In this document: one piece after another, positions 13,877 through 27,212 of the stretch
Numbering within the stretch: the stretch's first letter is position 1
Layout: each line of letters opens with the position of its first letter
Translations under genes and position numbers: made by a program
Notes under the pieces: generated by a model
What the model saw: the letters and a program-made list of their open reading frames with translations, nothing else
Databases searched by the model: none
Told to the model about the DNA's origin: nothing
Source of the DNA: Adineta vaga
Lineage: Eukaryota > Animalia > Rotifera
Direction: 5' to 3'
Assembly (NCBI GenBank): GCA_021613535.1
Contig: CP075495.1
Location: 13,640,001-13,704,000 of the forward strand
Length of the DNA stretch: 64,000 nt

Positions 13877-13966
13877 AATGGTCTCATACAAAAAACAATT
13901 GAAAAAAAAACTTTTTTTTGTATAATAAAGTTTCTGTTAATAAAAAGCAATTAAAAAATCTAACTA

Positions 13967-14898
13967 TCTTCTTCTATATATTTAAAGAAGAAAGTTTGTT
14001 TGTCTATCTGTCTATTCGCTATGCATTCAGCCGCTGTAATAGCTAACGTCACCAAACTTTCCACAAGGCTTCCCTAGGTCCAGAGGAAGGTCGACATGGG
14101 GTTAGAATGGTCATCGGGGGTAGGGCGTGGGGGAAATTTCACCCAGGTGATGGCATATAGGAATTTTCGATCCCACTGATATAGCTGGCGACACCAAATG
14201 TTTCACGGGATTCTCCTGAGTTTCACGGAAGGTCGAGAGGCGGTTGCCACCTTCAAGGGAGGGGGGGGGGGAAGTGGAGGAAAGAGATTTAATGAGAATT
14301 CATTGAGCATCGATAAACTATCAGTTCCACGTTTTTCTCTGGAACTTTGAAAAACCGGGTGTGGGTGTCTGCATCCAAGATGGACAACTGTAATGCGTGG
14401 GTTGGGTTCTCAAAAAAAACTGAATCTGGAGTGAAATGACTACTCTACCTGGGTGGTGTCAAAATAAAGTTTATAAATTAGAGAATGACTTGCAGCGGGC
14501 GTCTGAGAATAGGCAGATCTACCGAGGGGTGGGCGTTGCAGTGGGACAGTATGAGTGGATTGAACAGGAACAGAGCTGTGTCGTATGTATAGCGAGACAA
14601 GACCAGCAGAAAAGAACTAATGAAGAGATGCGAAAAGTTCTGAAAAGAAAGACCTGATGCATGCCGTGGAAAGGGATATCGGAGGGGCCTCAGTACGGAG
14701 GTGGAAGACAGGTAACGCGCGCTGAGTGATGACCTGAAGGATTACACTAGCTAAGGCAGGGCGGAAAAGGAGGGTGTAAGCACTTTTTAATACACTACGA
14801 GTAAATACCAACGGAGAGGTCCGATGGGTGATGAGAAGAGCACTGTTGTCGATGGAAAACGTAAATTGTGTCCTCTTTGCAGCGGGTATCTCCGCTAG
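13967..14898 (+). mobile_element. Non-autonomous Helitron
   Basis: Sits between host A and T. 5' TC start with TCTTCT...AGAAGA hairpin and a TTTG/TCTG microsatellite. 3' hairpin AGCGG-GTATCT-CCGCT ending in CTAG. GC-richer than the flanks, with degenerate internal repeats at ~14042 and ~14184. Confidence 0.75.
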
Positions 14899-15475
14899 TG
14901 AACATATATGATTGCAAGAAAATGTTCGTGACAAAGAACCCATCTCTCTTCTACTAGTCCGGCCAGCTAAAAGTTGCAAACAAAAACATTTATTCAGGAC
15001 TAAATTCATTTAGAAAAAAGAAAGAAATTATTTTTTGTTCTCAAAATATCAGTTGTCAAGTTATAATTCCTAGTTAAAAAGTAATTTGACCAATTTATAA
15101 CAAACATAAAACATATTTTTAACGTTATAATAAATAAATTAAATCTGAACATTAATAATTCGTGTCAATTCTCTTCCACTCCAATATTCAGTTGATAAAA
15201 CGATGACGGTAGTTACTGATCGATGCATTTATAGTTTATAGGTATACACTAAAGTAAGTCTCACAATGAAAATTTACTCACAACTGTTTGAGACTAGTTT
15301 ACTTTCTTTAGTAAATATAGATATCCAATGGAAATTCAATGTTCACCGACTCTTCCTTTTCATATTGTATAAAATATGAACAATATCTATCTATACTATT
15401 TTGTTTCTTTTATAAACAATTAAATAATTGCAAGAAATTCATCATTATACAAAAAATATATAGAAACTTTTATCT

Positions 15476-17004
15476 TCATATCTGAAACAATTTGAGCATA
15501 TTTGGTTTGACCATTTTAAGTATTAATTGACTATAACTATTGTTCGTTATAGTACATGCATTGACAGGATAATCCGAATCTGAATACTGTTTTTGTTCAA
15601 TCGATGAACTATTTTGATCCATAGTAATTAAATAGATATTTTCTGTTGTTGCATCCATAATTAATATTTGTTGATTTGAAATGAATGAAAGAAGAAGATT
15701 CCAATCCATCGTAGAAGCATTTGGAAGTATATTCGTTTGATGTAAACAATTCATATTTATATCAAATATTCCAACACGCCAACGACATTCATCATCTTCC
15801 TAGAGACAAAAAAAGAACCCATCATTACCAACAATTTAGTTTTTACAAATAAACTTACAATTAAAATAGCTAATTGAGTTTGATTTGGATTCGCTCGAAT
15901 ACATCTTAGATGTTGATCATGTTCACATTCTGGTATAATTTCATTTAATTTCCATTGTTTAATCATTTGAATTGACGTTGATGTTGGTTGATATACCCAT
16001 TGTTCAATTAATGTCGAATATTTATAAAGAATATAAATTGAATTTAATAATGTTGCACATGACCATGGAAGTGATGTAAATCGATGAAGTAAAGCAATGG
16101 ATGATACTGGATAAAATGAAAAAAATTTCTCATCCGTTAGAATAAAGAATAATTTTAAACAAAAACTATATTGTAAATCAAGAATCTTGCCGTCAAGATT
16201 TGATTTCCATGGAAGTAATTCTGGTATGAAATTATCATCAAAACTATTGATTAAATTAAATAAAAGTAGATGTTCACGATCATTGATTAATAACAATTCA
16301 TCACTCGCAGTCATTTCATTGTAAATCGATCGTTGAATAGGTAATTCATACTGTCGACAAGGTGAAGCGAAATTTGTTAAATGAAACAAAGAATTTGAAG
16401 TTTGTTTAGAATTGAAATTTATCAAACGATTAAATAATACCTATTTGATAGATAGAAATAAAAAGAAAAGAAGATTGATTTGATTTACTTTTTTATTTTC
16501 ATTATATTTTATTAGACTTTCTTTAATTCGATTGATATGAATAATACTAATACATTGATTTTGTTGGAAAAGATTTCGAATAGGTTGAAAGAAGTCTTTT
16601 AATTCATTGATAATTTGTGACAAATTCAAAGTTTTCTCAAGATTTAATTGTTGAAGAAAAGAAAGTTTTCTTTCATTTTGTTCAAAAACAAGTTTTTGTA
16701 TTTGATTAGGATTTCGAATAATTTCATTCAAATTATAAATTTCTTCATTGATTTCATTTATTAATTGATCACGTTCATTTACTAATAATAGACGATGTAA
16801 TTCCACATGAATATAACATAAATATAGATTACAATGCATGCAAACAACAGAATGATATTCTCGACATGAATCATTTGTTATCTTATCTTTATGTTGACAG
16901 AATTCATTGATAATAGATGATGTTGTTGGTTCAATAAGGATGATATCATCATCTGTATGATATTCGATATTCTGATCTTTTTTGAATCGTTTGGAAAGAT
17001 TCAT
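15476..17004 (-). CDS. B-box-like zinc finger + coiled-coil + beta-propeller-like protein (3 coding exons)
   Basis: C/H pattern CQH...C...CMHCNLYLCYIHVELH followed by a heptad-rich region. Exons 17004-16489, 16440-15859 and ~15800-15476. Confidence 0.6.
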
Positions 17005-17090
17005 CTGAAAAAAGGAGATTTTTTTAAATTTATTATTCAATATTTATAAATACAATAACAACAAAGAGATTTGTTTTTCTTCGAAACTAA

Positions 17091-19113
17091 TTATCGACTA
17101 TCGCGTTGCCAAACAATAACTAAACCTTGTTGATCACATGATGCTAATAGACTTTCATCAGCATTAAATGAAACATCAAATACCGCTGAACAATGTCCTT
17201 GTAATTTATTGATTAATGTACGAATTTCTCGATCAACATCATAAAGATAAACTGAAAGAAAGATTTGAATGAATAAGAGAAAAAAATTGTTTTCTTACCA
17301 CACATATCTTCACTAGCACTAACAACACAAAAACCTTGACGTGGAGAAATAATAGGACAGAATGAACTGTGAATTGTTAAAGATTTTTGACGAATTGAGA
17401 ATCGTTTTCGAGCACTTAATTTACCATTGTTTGGTAGAACTCTATTGAAAAGAAAAATTATCGATCTAATTTCGATTTTCTTCATCGATCTTACTTAAAA
17501 ACTAAGAGTAGATTAGGAATAACATTAGCCAAAAGAAATCCTTCACGTCCATCACGTGTTGAACGAAATCGAAATGAGAGACTAGTCACTGAACCATTAC
17601 TATTTGAAAAGACTCTAGAGAAAGAAAAAGGACAATTTCATATAAATTTCAATGATAAAGTTCGAATTCAGTTTGTACCGTTTACAACTATGTAATTTTC
17701 CAGTTGTCATATCAAAAAGAGTTGCAAAAATATTGCCTCTATCATCGCCAGTCCAAAGAATAGAACCAGTTTCATCGAATGTCACACACATCGATCGACC
17801 ATAACATTTAATCACACAATTCTACGAAGAAATCATTTATCAAATCATCGGAAAGAACATTCATACAACACATACTTTCAATGGTTTACCAGTTGATACA
17901 TTAAATATTTGTAAAATTCCTCGATTATTACCAACCGCAATAAAATTGTTATTTGATGGATGAAAACAACAACAAAGATTTTCAACACCAGGTGTACTTT
18001 CAATCACACGCATACATTTTCCTTTGGAGATTTGCCATATACGTATACTTGCATCACTACTCGCTGTTACTAGTAAATCATTAGTTGCCGACCATTGCAT
18101 ATCTATTAGCAATGAAATCAAACATCGGAATGAAGATCGAAAAGTAACTGACCATTGATTTCAGCTGTGTGACCTTTTAATCGATAGATAATTGTTGCTG
18201 GAGTTGGAAGAACTTGACATATGGCAAGAATTCCATCTCGACCACAAGTTGCCAATAAACTTCGATCATTCGGTGCAAATTGTACACGTGTTACTAAGAA
18301 TAGAAATCAAATATATTCATTGAAATTTATCCAATAACAATTGTTAGTTATCTTTACCTGAACCTTTATGATGATCAAAAATATGATGAACACCTGAAAA
18401 TGCATACGTTTCTTCTAAAGATCGTCCCATTGCCAATGCTCTACTCATCAAAACACAGAGAAATGGATGTTCTTTTGTCGAACTTCTTGTTCATACCTGC
18501 TAGTTGTAGAAACATTGGATAGAGTTGATGTAGAAAACGGTATATTATTTGTTTCAGGTATATCATCAATTAAAATTTGATTGATAGGTAATGCTATATT
18601 TTTTCGTGTCCAATCCACAAATGAATCAGCACTCTACAAGAGAAAACAATTATTTTTACAAATAAAATCAAACCAATTGAAATATTTACTTCAGAAATTG
18701 AATTAATTCGACTAGCATGACTTCCATTTGATCTATAAAAGAAATTTTCTTTACAAAATTTCGAATATTCTCATGTAAATAAAATACCTATTATCGAGTA
18801 GAATTGCTCCATATTTTGATGCTAACAATATTGATCGTAATTTCAAATAATGTTTTCGAATATTTACATCATTCTAAATATGATATTTATGAAAATCTAC
18901 ATACATACATAGATCAATTTATCTTACTTCAGTTGGTCGATTATCTCGTAGCAATTGACTTCGTCTTCGAATATAGAGTGTTTCTAAATATTATCAATTA
19001 TTCCTAACTCAATGACAAATAAATCTCTACATACTAAATTGAAAATTATTTGGTGTTCGATAAACATTATAACGAGCATCTAAGGCAAGTAAAACTTGCC
19101 ATGTATTCGACAT
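17091..19113 (-). CDS. WDR13: WD repeat-containing protein 13
   Basis: N-terminus MSNTWQVLLALDARYNVYRTP..KTLYIRRRSQLLR, internal YAFSGVHHIFD and FCPIISPRQGFCVVSASED, C-terminus VIVWQRDSR*. Confidence 0.92.
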
Positions 19114-19233
19114 AATCTTGATGACAACAACAAAATCTTTAAAAAAAAAGAAAAAAGAAGTGAATAAAGTCATATGTTTAATATTCATATAAAAGGAAGA
19201 AGAAAAAAACAGTATTTATTTTTATTCTCATTA

Positions 19234-21132
19234 TCATTCATGTTTATTTTCTACAACAATTGGAGTCGATGTTTGTAAACCGGTTACAAGAGACATTAAT
19301 TCTCGATAGATTTGAAGAGGATTAAAATTTGTATTAGATATTGTTTGTTTAAATTGATAAATCATTTGTTCATGCCAATTTAATTCAATCCATCGACATT
19401 CATTTTCAAATCGTTTAAATCGTACTTCGGTGAATGCGATCAATTGACTATCATCAGTATATCGAATGATATTACATTTTAACTTCGAAGATTTCGATTT
19501 ATTTAACCATTCTGAACAAAAGAAAGAAACTATGTTCATAAAATCTTGAAGTTAAGATTGAATAATACCTTCGATGTTGATGTTGATATTTAATGGTCGT
19601 TGATATTGTTTCTAAAATGATTCAATTCGAAAAGGAAATAAATATAATTAGATGAGTTCATACGGCAACAAGAATGTTTGTATTCGTTGCAAATAAGATT
19701 TTATATTGATTAACAAGATGTTTCAATGTATTCAAGCGTTTTAATGCATTTTCAAGATCATCGAATTTTGCTATAAATGTAAAGTATTTAGTTTAATTAT
19801 TTCATTTCCTATTAAACATACAAGTTTCTAGTAAATAAAGTACAATAGTACGAAGTTTGATAGCTAATTGAAGTAATACATCGATATTTGGTATACATAT
19901 CTGATCAGATATTGTTGATGAATGAATCTACAAAAAAAGAAACCATGTAATCAATGATGATAGAGTTTTCATAGAATTCATTTACTTGTTCATTTAATCG
20001 ATCTATAAATGAAGGGGTTGATATCGATTTCTTTTCAAGATCACGTTTCAATCGTAAACGAAGATTTTGATTTTGTTTATATAATCGTCGTAATGGTTTA
20101 ATCAATGCTCGATTAAGTATAATTGGTTGTGGAATAGACGAGATATCTGTATCAATAGTTTCGTGATAAACATGAATTGGTTCTTCTGTAGTTGTATGAA
20201 TAGATGTCGGTTCTGAAGCGATCATTTTCTGATTTGTATTATTGACATTGCGATTTTCAATCGGTTGTTCAGAAGGAGTTGGTGGTGTGTGTGTTACTTG
20301 TTGAGGAATGTCTGCAGATGATAATCGTTGCTGTTGACTGAGAGAACGATGTGTTGTACTTGTTCTTTGGCTTAGATTCGTTTGTGTACTATTTCGAAAG
20401 GCTGAATTTGGTCGACGTTTCTTTTCAGGTTGCGTTAGAAATGGTGCTTTTACATGAGCTGGAACATAACGACGTACGGATGGTTGTGTTGGTTGTTGAG
20501 ATGTGGATGAAGTCGATGGCGTAGGAGTAGTAGAACTTGCTGAAGATGGACGAGTTGATGATGTCGTCTTAGGACGATTAGTTTGAACCGTTGTTGCAAT
20601 TGGTACTGTTACAGTCGATGATGGTTTTGGTTTCTTCTCTCCAACATTCTATCGAAGAAATGAATAAAGAATAAAATTTTCTGTATTTAACTTCCTACCT
20701 TAACTTACTTCAATCGTTCGTTTAGCTTTATCAATGATACTTGCAGCAAGACGCATTTCTTCACTTTCTAAATTCAATTATATATCTAATAATCATATGG
20801 AAAGCAAATAATTTTCCTTGGTACCTGTTGGCGGTGGAAGAGGAGGAGCAGCAGCAGCAGCAGCAGCAGCAGAGGGAAGTGCAGGAGATGTTTTTGATTT
20901 ACTAATTGTTGATCGTTTGAGTGCATCACAAATAAAGTGTGGTAAAGGTTTACTAAAATGAATATATTTAACATAAATATACGAAATGAAATTGAATATG
21001 ATCGATATACTGTTTATGAAGAATTTTTTGAAGATCATTGTTTACTAGATTGAGAATATGAATTGATTGATTAAGTGTATAAAGACGTTCGAACATGACA
21101 GCATGAGGATTACTAATTTTATCACTCTCCAT
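19234..21132 (-). CDS. Multi-exon protein, probable divergent TEDC2 (tubulin epsilon/delta complex 2)-like
   Basis: Spliced ORF from MESDKISNPH. Segments EEMRLAASIIDKAKR, LRRLYKQNQNL..SFIDRL, YTDDSQL...F and IYRELMSLV..PIVVEN resemble TEDC2 blocks as recalled, unverified. Confidence 0.45.
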
Positions 21133-21634
21133 AATTAGTATCAAAAGGAGATTTATTTCTCTCTAGCTAATCGTAACCGTAGTCGATTCTCGGTTCGTAT
21201 GATTACTTGTCAACTAACAATATTGAAACTGATTCGTGTGTGTAATCTGCCATTCGATTGCTTTGTCAACGAATGATGGCGGTAGTTACTGATCATGTGT
21301 GCAACGTTAAAATATGAAAAAGAATGATTCTCATTAAATTTAGATGAAAAGCAAAAGAGAAAAAAGAATACAGATCAGTGACAACATACAATTACGTGAT
21401 TTTTTAATAGTATTTCAGCATATCAATAAAAGATATGATTACTTATTATTTTCTTGGTTAAAAATAAACAGACATTTCGGTTAAGCCAATCTAAGCAACA
21501 TTTATGTAATAAAAGAATTCGGAAAATTCTATCTCTCATATCTTAATATTCAATGATTATAAATACAAAGAAAACAAAACGTCCTTTTTCGTATACAGTC
21601 TGACTCTATTATAGTTCAAACGAATCGACGATTA

Positions 21635-21916
21635 TCAATAGCCATATCGACCATATCCACCATATCCACCATATCCACCCCATCCAGGATATCCGCCGCA
21701 CATGCCACCGGCACAACATGACGAACAACGTGGTCGTCGACGACGACGACGTTGGCGAGGAATATTAACATATTCCGTAGTGTAATATAGTCCACCACCA
21801 AGTCCACCACCACCTCCATAGATTGGATCATATCCGCCGCCATATCCACCACCACCATAATATGGATCATAACCTCCATATCCATATGGAGAACGCTGTG
21901 AAAATAGACCGCCCAT
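21635..21916 (-). CDS. Small intronless Gly/Tyr-rich protein with an Arg run and Cys cluster
   Basis: 93-aa ORF with GGY/YDP repeats, RRRRRR and CSSCC. MGGLFS fits the N-myristoylation consensus. TATA-like element upstream at ~21995-22000. Confidence 0.7.
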   Translation of the reverse strand: MGGLFSQRSPYGYGGYDPYYGGGGYGGGYDPIYGGGGGLGGGLYYTTEYVNIPRQRRRRRRPRCSSCCAGGMCGGYPGWGGYGGYGGYGRYGY

Positions 21917-23493
21917 TTCTGCTTTCTATGAATACAGTACTTGTTAGTGTGTTTTGGCTCGAAATGAAAAACTTCTCGAAGTGTAATTAGTTTTTATATA
22001 TGTGTAGAGAGAAAACAAGTATACCTATACGTATCAAATATCAACCGAATTCCTTCATCATATATAACTGGTTTTGCATGACATGTTTGTGAATATTCAT
22101 CGACGAAATTAGTTGCCATTTTCGTATGATACTAATTAATGTATTCCAAGCGTCATTCTTACTTCAGTCACTATCTTGTTTTTGTCTTCAACGTAAATGA
22201 CGATGTTTTGATTTTTCTCTATAGCAAAAACAATTTTACAAACAACATCTGTGACAAGTTAGTTTGTATCGAATTGAAATGTTCATGGTAGACAATTTTA
22301 AGTTCGCCTACTCCTATGAAGTTCCTGATAGTGACTAATATTAGATACGGGAACAAAACATTGAAGTCAGTTTTCTTTAGTTTATACCCAATTGATGACA
22401 TTCATGCAGTTCGAATACGATGAAACTCACCTTTGTTTGACCGTTAAAGTTCTTTTCTCCTTTTAAATGAGACAATTATATCGTTGACTAAACTAACATT
22501 TGATTTCTACCTATTGAAATTTTGAAACTACATTAGTTCATCAAAACTGTTCTGTCTAGAACATTTCTTGTATATAGTCCCGGATGAATTGAAACACTGA
22601 TATATTACAATTGTTCGTCATACGACTGTCTTTGCGATTGTTTTTTCGTGTAGAATCGATGAAGTAATCAAAAAAATATAGAAAAAACTGTTCTTGTTTG
22701 AATCTTTAAAAGATTGGAGATAAAAACAATGTTTTACACGTTAATTGCCGGAAATTGTTAGGAAAAAATAACGAACAACCTTTCATGTTTTCGATGGGAA
22801 GAGAGTTGCAAAACATAACATTAATATAATCAGAAACTACTTCTTTCAAAACAAACATATTTCATTCGAATTCAAAACATGAATATAGACTATATGAAAT
22901 TTTTCTTCAATTTCTCAAGTCATATGACTAATACTTGTAAATAAATGATATGTAAAGATTATCTATTGTTTTTTTTTCTTTAATATTTTATGCCGTTCCA
23001 CAAACAACAAAACTTCTTTTTCTCTCTTTTTTTTCTTTGCATGAATCAAACACACATGTGTATGTCAACAGAGAAATACAAGAAACAAGAAACACGCATA
23101 CACAAAGAAACAACAAGCAGAAGAAAAAAAAGAAGAGAAAGAAAAGTGCACCACCACAACAAACAACATGGACAAGATGATAGAGAAGACATTGAAGATG
23201 ATAACAAGCTGTCGCTAACAATATGAGCACACAAATGTAATATCGGAGGAATACACACAACAAACGAAAAGGGTGTAGAGAAAAAGAAATGGTACAAAAA
23301 GAGAAAACGTTGATGATAGTGGTGGTGCTCACTGCATGTCTTCTCCACTATTGTGGTGAATTCTTCGATTCGAATTTTGAGCGATCGAGTAGGAACGTGC
23401 GCATTACAAAAGAAAGGAAAAAAGAAAACTGAAGAAGAGAGAAAGAGAGAGAGAGAGAAAAAGGAAAAGGATCGAAATGAAACGAAAATTTTA

Positions 23494-26400
23494 TCACAAA
23501 GGTTCGCGTGATGATGGCGATGCTGATGACGAACTATATCGTTTATGACGATGATGTTTCTTACTTTTTCGATGTCGTCGATATTGATCATCTGTTATTG
23601 AGGATGAAGAAATAGGTGAACGTGAACGCGAACGTGAACGTGATTGACTACGGCTACTGTCTCTTCGAGATCGTTTGTGATGATTATGATGATGACTTTT
23701 ATGATGATGGTGATGATGATGTTTATGTGATTTCTTCTTTTTTTTCTTTTTCTTATGTTTTGTTGGTGATGATGATGACGTATTTGATTGTTCATCAAGG
23801 GATTTTCTTTGTGAAGACGTAGAATTAGGATCAGGATCAGAATTTGAAGTATTAACAAGGTTAGAAGATGGAGGTGCAAGAATTGGTACTGAAGGTGATG
23901 TCTGTGATTCTTCAATGCGTGGTTTTTTAATTATAGGTTGTTGAAGTTCTAATGAATCATCATTAGTTTCATCATCATCATCATCATCGTCCTCATCATC
24001 ATCATAATGATTATATGAGCTCGAAATTGATGCAAGTCCATTGAGTGTTGACGATGGTCCAGATGTTTTAATAATTAATTTTAGTGGGGATGAAGTTGAT
24101 TGTATAGTTGATAATGAAGTTGCTGGAGATATTGTATAGTTACTATTCTTTGTCGTTGATAAAATAATCGGAGTTGAATGGGATTTATTAACAAGTTTGG
24201 AAGTGGATAATGTTGTTACATTTGTATTCAATGTTGATTTATCTTGTAATGGTATCGGCTTCAAAGAAGAAAAGCAAGTAAAATAATCAGAAAATAAATT
24301 AAAAAGACTATGAATTTTTGTACCTTTTGTTTTGGGAGAAAACTCCATTTTGGAATGCGCATTACAATTGGTGCTCGTTTTTCTGTAGATAAAGCATTAT
24401 TACCATCAGTTGTCTCAGAATTAGTTGTGACAATCGATGGTTTAGTTAAAGATGATGTTATTGTTTTTAAAGTTCCATTTTGTCCATTAGCTAAATAATA
24501 ACTCGTATTATAGAACAGATTGTTTCTTTTTCCTTTTAATATAATCAAGAGAATTTCAAATTATATTTTTACTCTTAATTTGAGGTTATATGATGAGTAC
24601 TTATGATTATTCGATTGAACTTCTCACTACATAATCTTCTTTGCATTATTCTTATCAGTTCATATTAGATTAAGTGATTTAAAAGCTGTTCAAAGATCAT
24701 ATGATAAGAACTAACAAGAAAAGTAAATATTTGTTATGTTAATAAATCTCAATAGGATATTTTCATTTAAGACAAAGAAAAACATTTTTGCAAATATATT
24801 CATACTTTGTTTGACAAGATTTTGGACGGGTACTTGACGTGGTGTAAAAATTGTTGCATTCTTTATAGTTGATTGTTGTTCACTGTTGTTTAATTTACCA
24901 TTCTGATAAACAAGTTTACTCGTAGTCGTAGTTGTTGTTGCCGCTGCTGCTGCTGCTGTTGTTGTTGATTGATATGATAGATTTGTTGTCGTTGCCGTTG
25001 CCGTTGATGATGAACCGTTAGTATCCGAATTTGTTGTTGGTGTTTCTTTAATATAACACAAAATATATGCACCATGTTGTGTTAAAACTTGATTTAAATC
25101 ACATTGTGTCATTGTTGTATCATCGGCTTTGTACCAGCGATTATTTGGTGAACGTACATAGGCAAAATAATGTCCCGAATGCATAGATGCACCAACATGT
25201 ACTAATACAGCATACAAACGATAATTTAATAAATCATCATTCGAACTTTCTTCACTCATATACGGAGTAACATTTAAATATTCTGGATAACGTACAAGAT
25301 GTGATAATTTATGTGAATTTTTACCAAATTCAAAACGTTTTAAATTAATTAATAGAATTTTCGATGCTTTATGTAATGTATATCGTTTTATTGCTGGGAC
25401 TAATTGTTTACATTTTATACAACGATAAAGATTTTCACCCGATAATGTTTCACGACAAACAAATTGTTGTAATGATTGCGGTAAATCGGCATGATTACGT
25501 ACACCAACAATCCAAGTATATTGTACTTCAAATGTATCTGATGTATGACGGCAACGTGTACATACGACTCGTGAACGTAAAACAAGACCAAAAAGGTCAT
25601 GGAATATAGTTTGGGAATGACATAGTTGTTCATAAGATGTACCAGATGATGGACGTAAACGTTCAGGTGGTTGAGATGATCGAAGACATCCATCAACAAT
25701 TTTATCAATTAAACAAATAAGAAATTCACTTGCATCTTCTTGACGGCCAACTTTGAATGTTGTCGAAATTTCTTTTATACGACGAACAATATTATTTGGA
25801 TTTGCAGCAGCACCAACGGATGATGAAAAGGATGAATTGGAATTTTTCGAATGAATTAATTTAACAATACGTTCAGCTTCACAAAATAAACAAAATTGTT
25901 TTTCTAATTTAACACGACAACATTGATTATGAGAATTACATAGAAGCCATTGAACAAGTGGAGGAGTATTTGCTAAACATTGTAATGATGCATTGATAAA
26001 ACATGTATTACCAAGATTTACTAAACCCGAACCACGATCTTTTAATAATTCCCAATTCATCATCAATGATGTACTACTATTTGATGAAGATGATGATGAT
26101 GATGACGAAGATGATGATTGAGAAGGTGGGGATAACGAATGATTTCCATTCGTATTTTCATTACTACATGAAACATATGTTGAACGATATTGATGTGCAG
26201 AATTTGTACCATTTGTTCCATTCGTTGTATTATTATTAAATGCAGTTAATAAAACATCATTATTAGCCGGCATGATTTTAGTATGAATATTTTCACTTGG
26301 AATTAATGTATAATTTTGACTTAAATTCTCTAATGAAGTTTTTGTATATGATTTAAAAACAAGTTTTTCTTTCAAGATAGTATGTTCAGTAGCAATAGAT

Positions 26401-26519
26401 TGATTAACTGGGAAATCTTTTATTGATTTTTGTTCATTTGACAATGAACAATTTGTTTGTTTTGATAGACGCGAAGACATATAGCGTCCACAAACATCAC
26501 CGAGATCAGTTTTGGGCAT
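23494..26519 (-). CDS. USP36: Ubiquitin carboxyl-terminal hydrolase 36/42 family
   Basis: Cys box GLVNLGNTCFINASLQCL, RQEDASEF, His box GHYFAYV...WYKADD. C-terminus is K/H-rich with RS dipeptides. Confidence 0.88.
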
Positions 26520-27212
26520 AACCTAAATAAAATAGAACATATATTACATAGGGAAAATATTTTAATATTTTATCTTCTAATGCGAATTTAATGAAATTGA
26601 CAGATGTACATATGATTATGACATGTTAGATATTGTAATATAGAGAGTAGAAAAAAACCTGAATACATACCAAGAAGAATTAATATTAATTTCACTTCTA
26701 TGAACAAATCTAGATGCCATAAGAGAAATGAAAATGATCTAAAATTGAATTAATGAATCTGATCTGATTTCGTTCAAGGAGAGAAAGAAAAAAAAAGTTA
26801 GCATGAAGAAAAATTTAATGCTACACTACTCTCTTTCTCGTTCTACTATTTCATGTCGCCATCAATGTCGAACGAATAAAAATGGACCCGTTACCTATCT
26901 TTGTCTAAAATGAATGTTCGAATTAGAAGATTTTCTATTTGAAAAAAAAATTATTCATCTACAAAGAGAATTTCTTTTTGATTAGAATAAAATTTTTAGG
27001 AAATTTTTCTAATTTTCTAGCGTCCTCTATCATTTTCGAATCGGCTGGACCAATCGATGATCTTATCTATCTTTTTCTCTTCCCATCCACATCTACTCTT
27101 AGTCAGAGACATTGTCATATTCACAATATAAATAAATTCATTTTTGACAAAAGAAACATTCTATTTTCTTTCTAGTCCAAAAGAAGAAGAAGAAGAAATT
27201 AAATCACATCCT

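Noticed and set aside
14436-15009. ORFs of 73 and 130 aa within or overlapping the Helitron
   Set aside because: No Rep/helicase motifs; they likely arise from the locally higher GC.
22988-23915. Several overlapping ORFs on both strands
   Set aside because: Alternative-frame or antisense shadows of the low-complexity USP36 tail and its 3' UTR.
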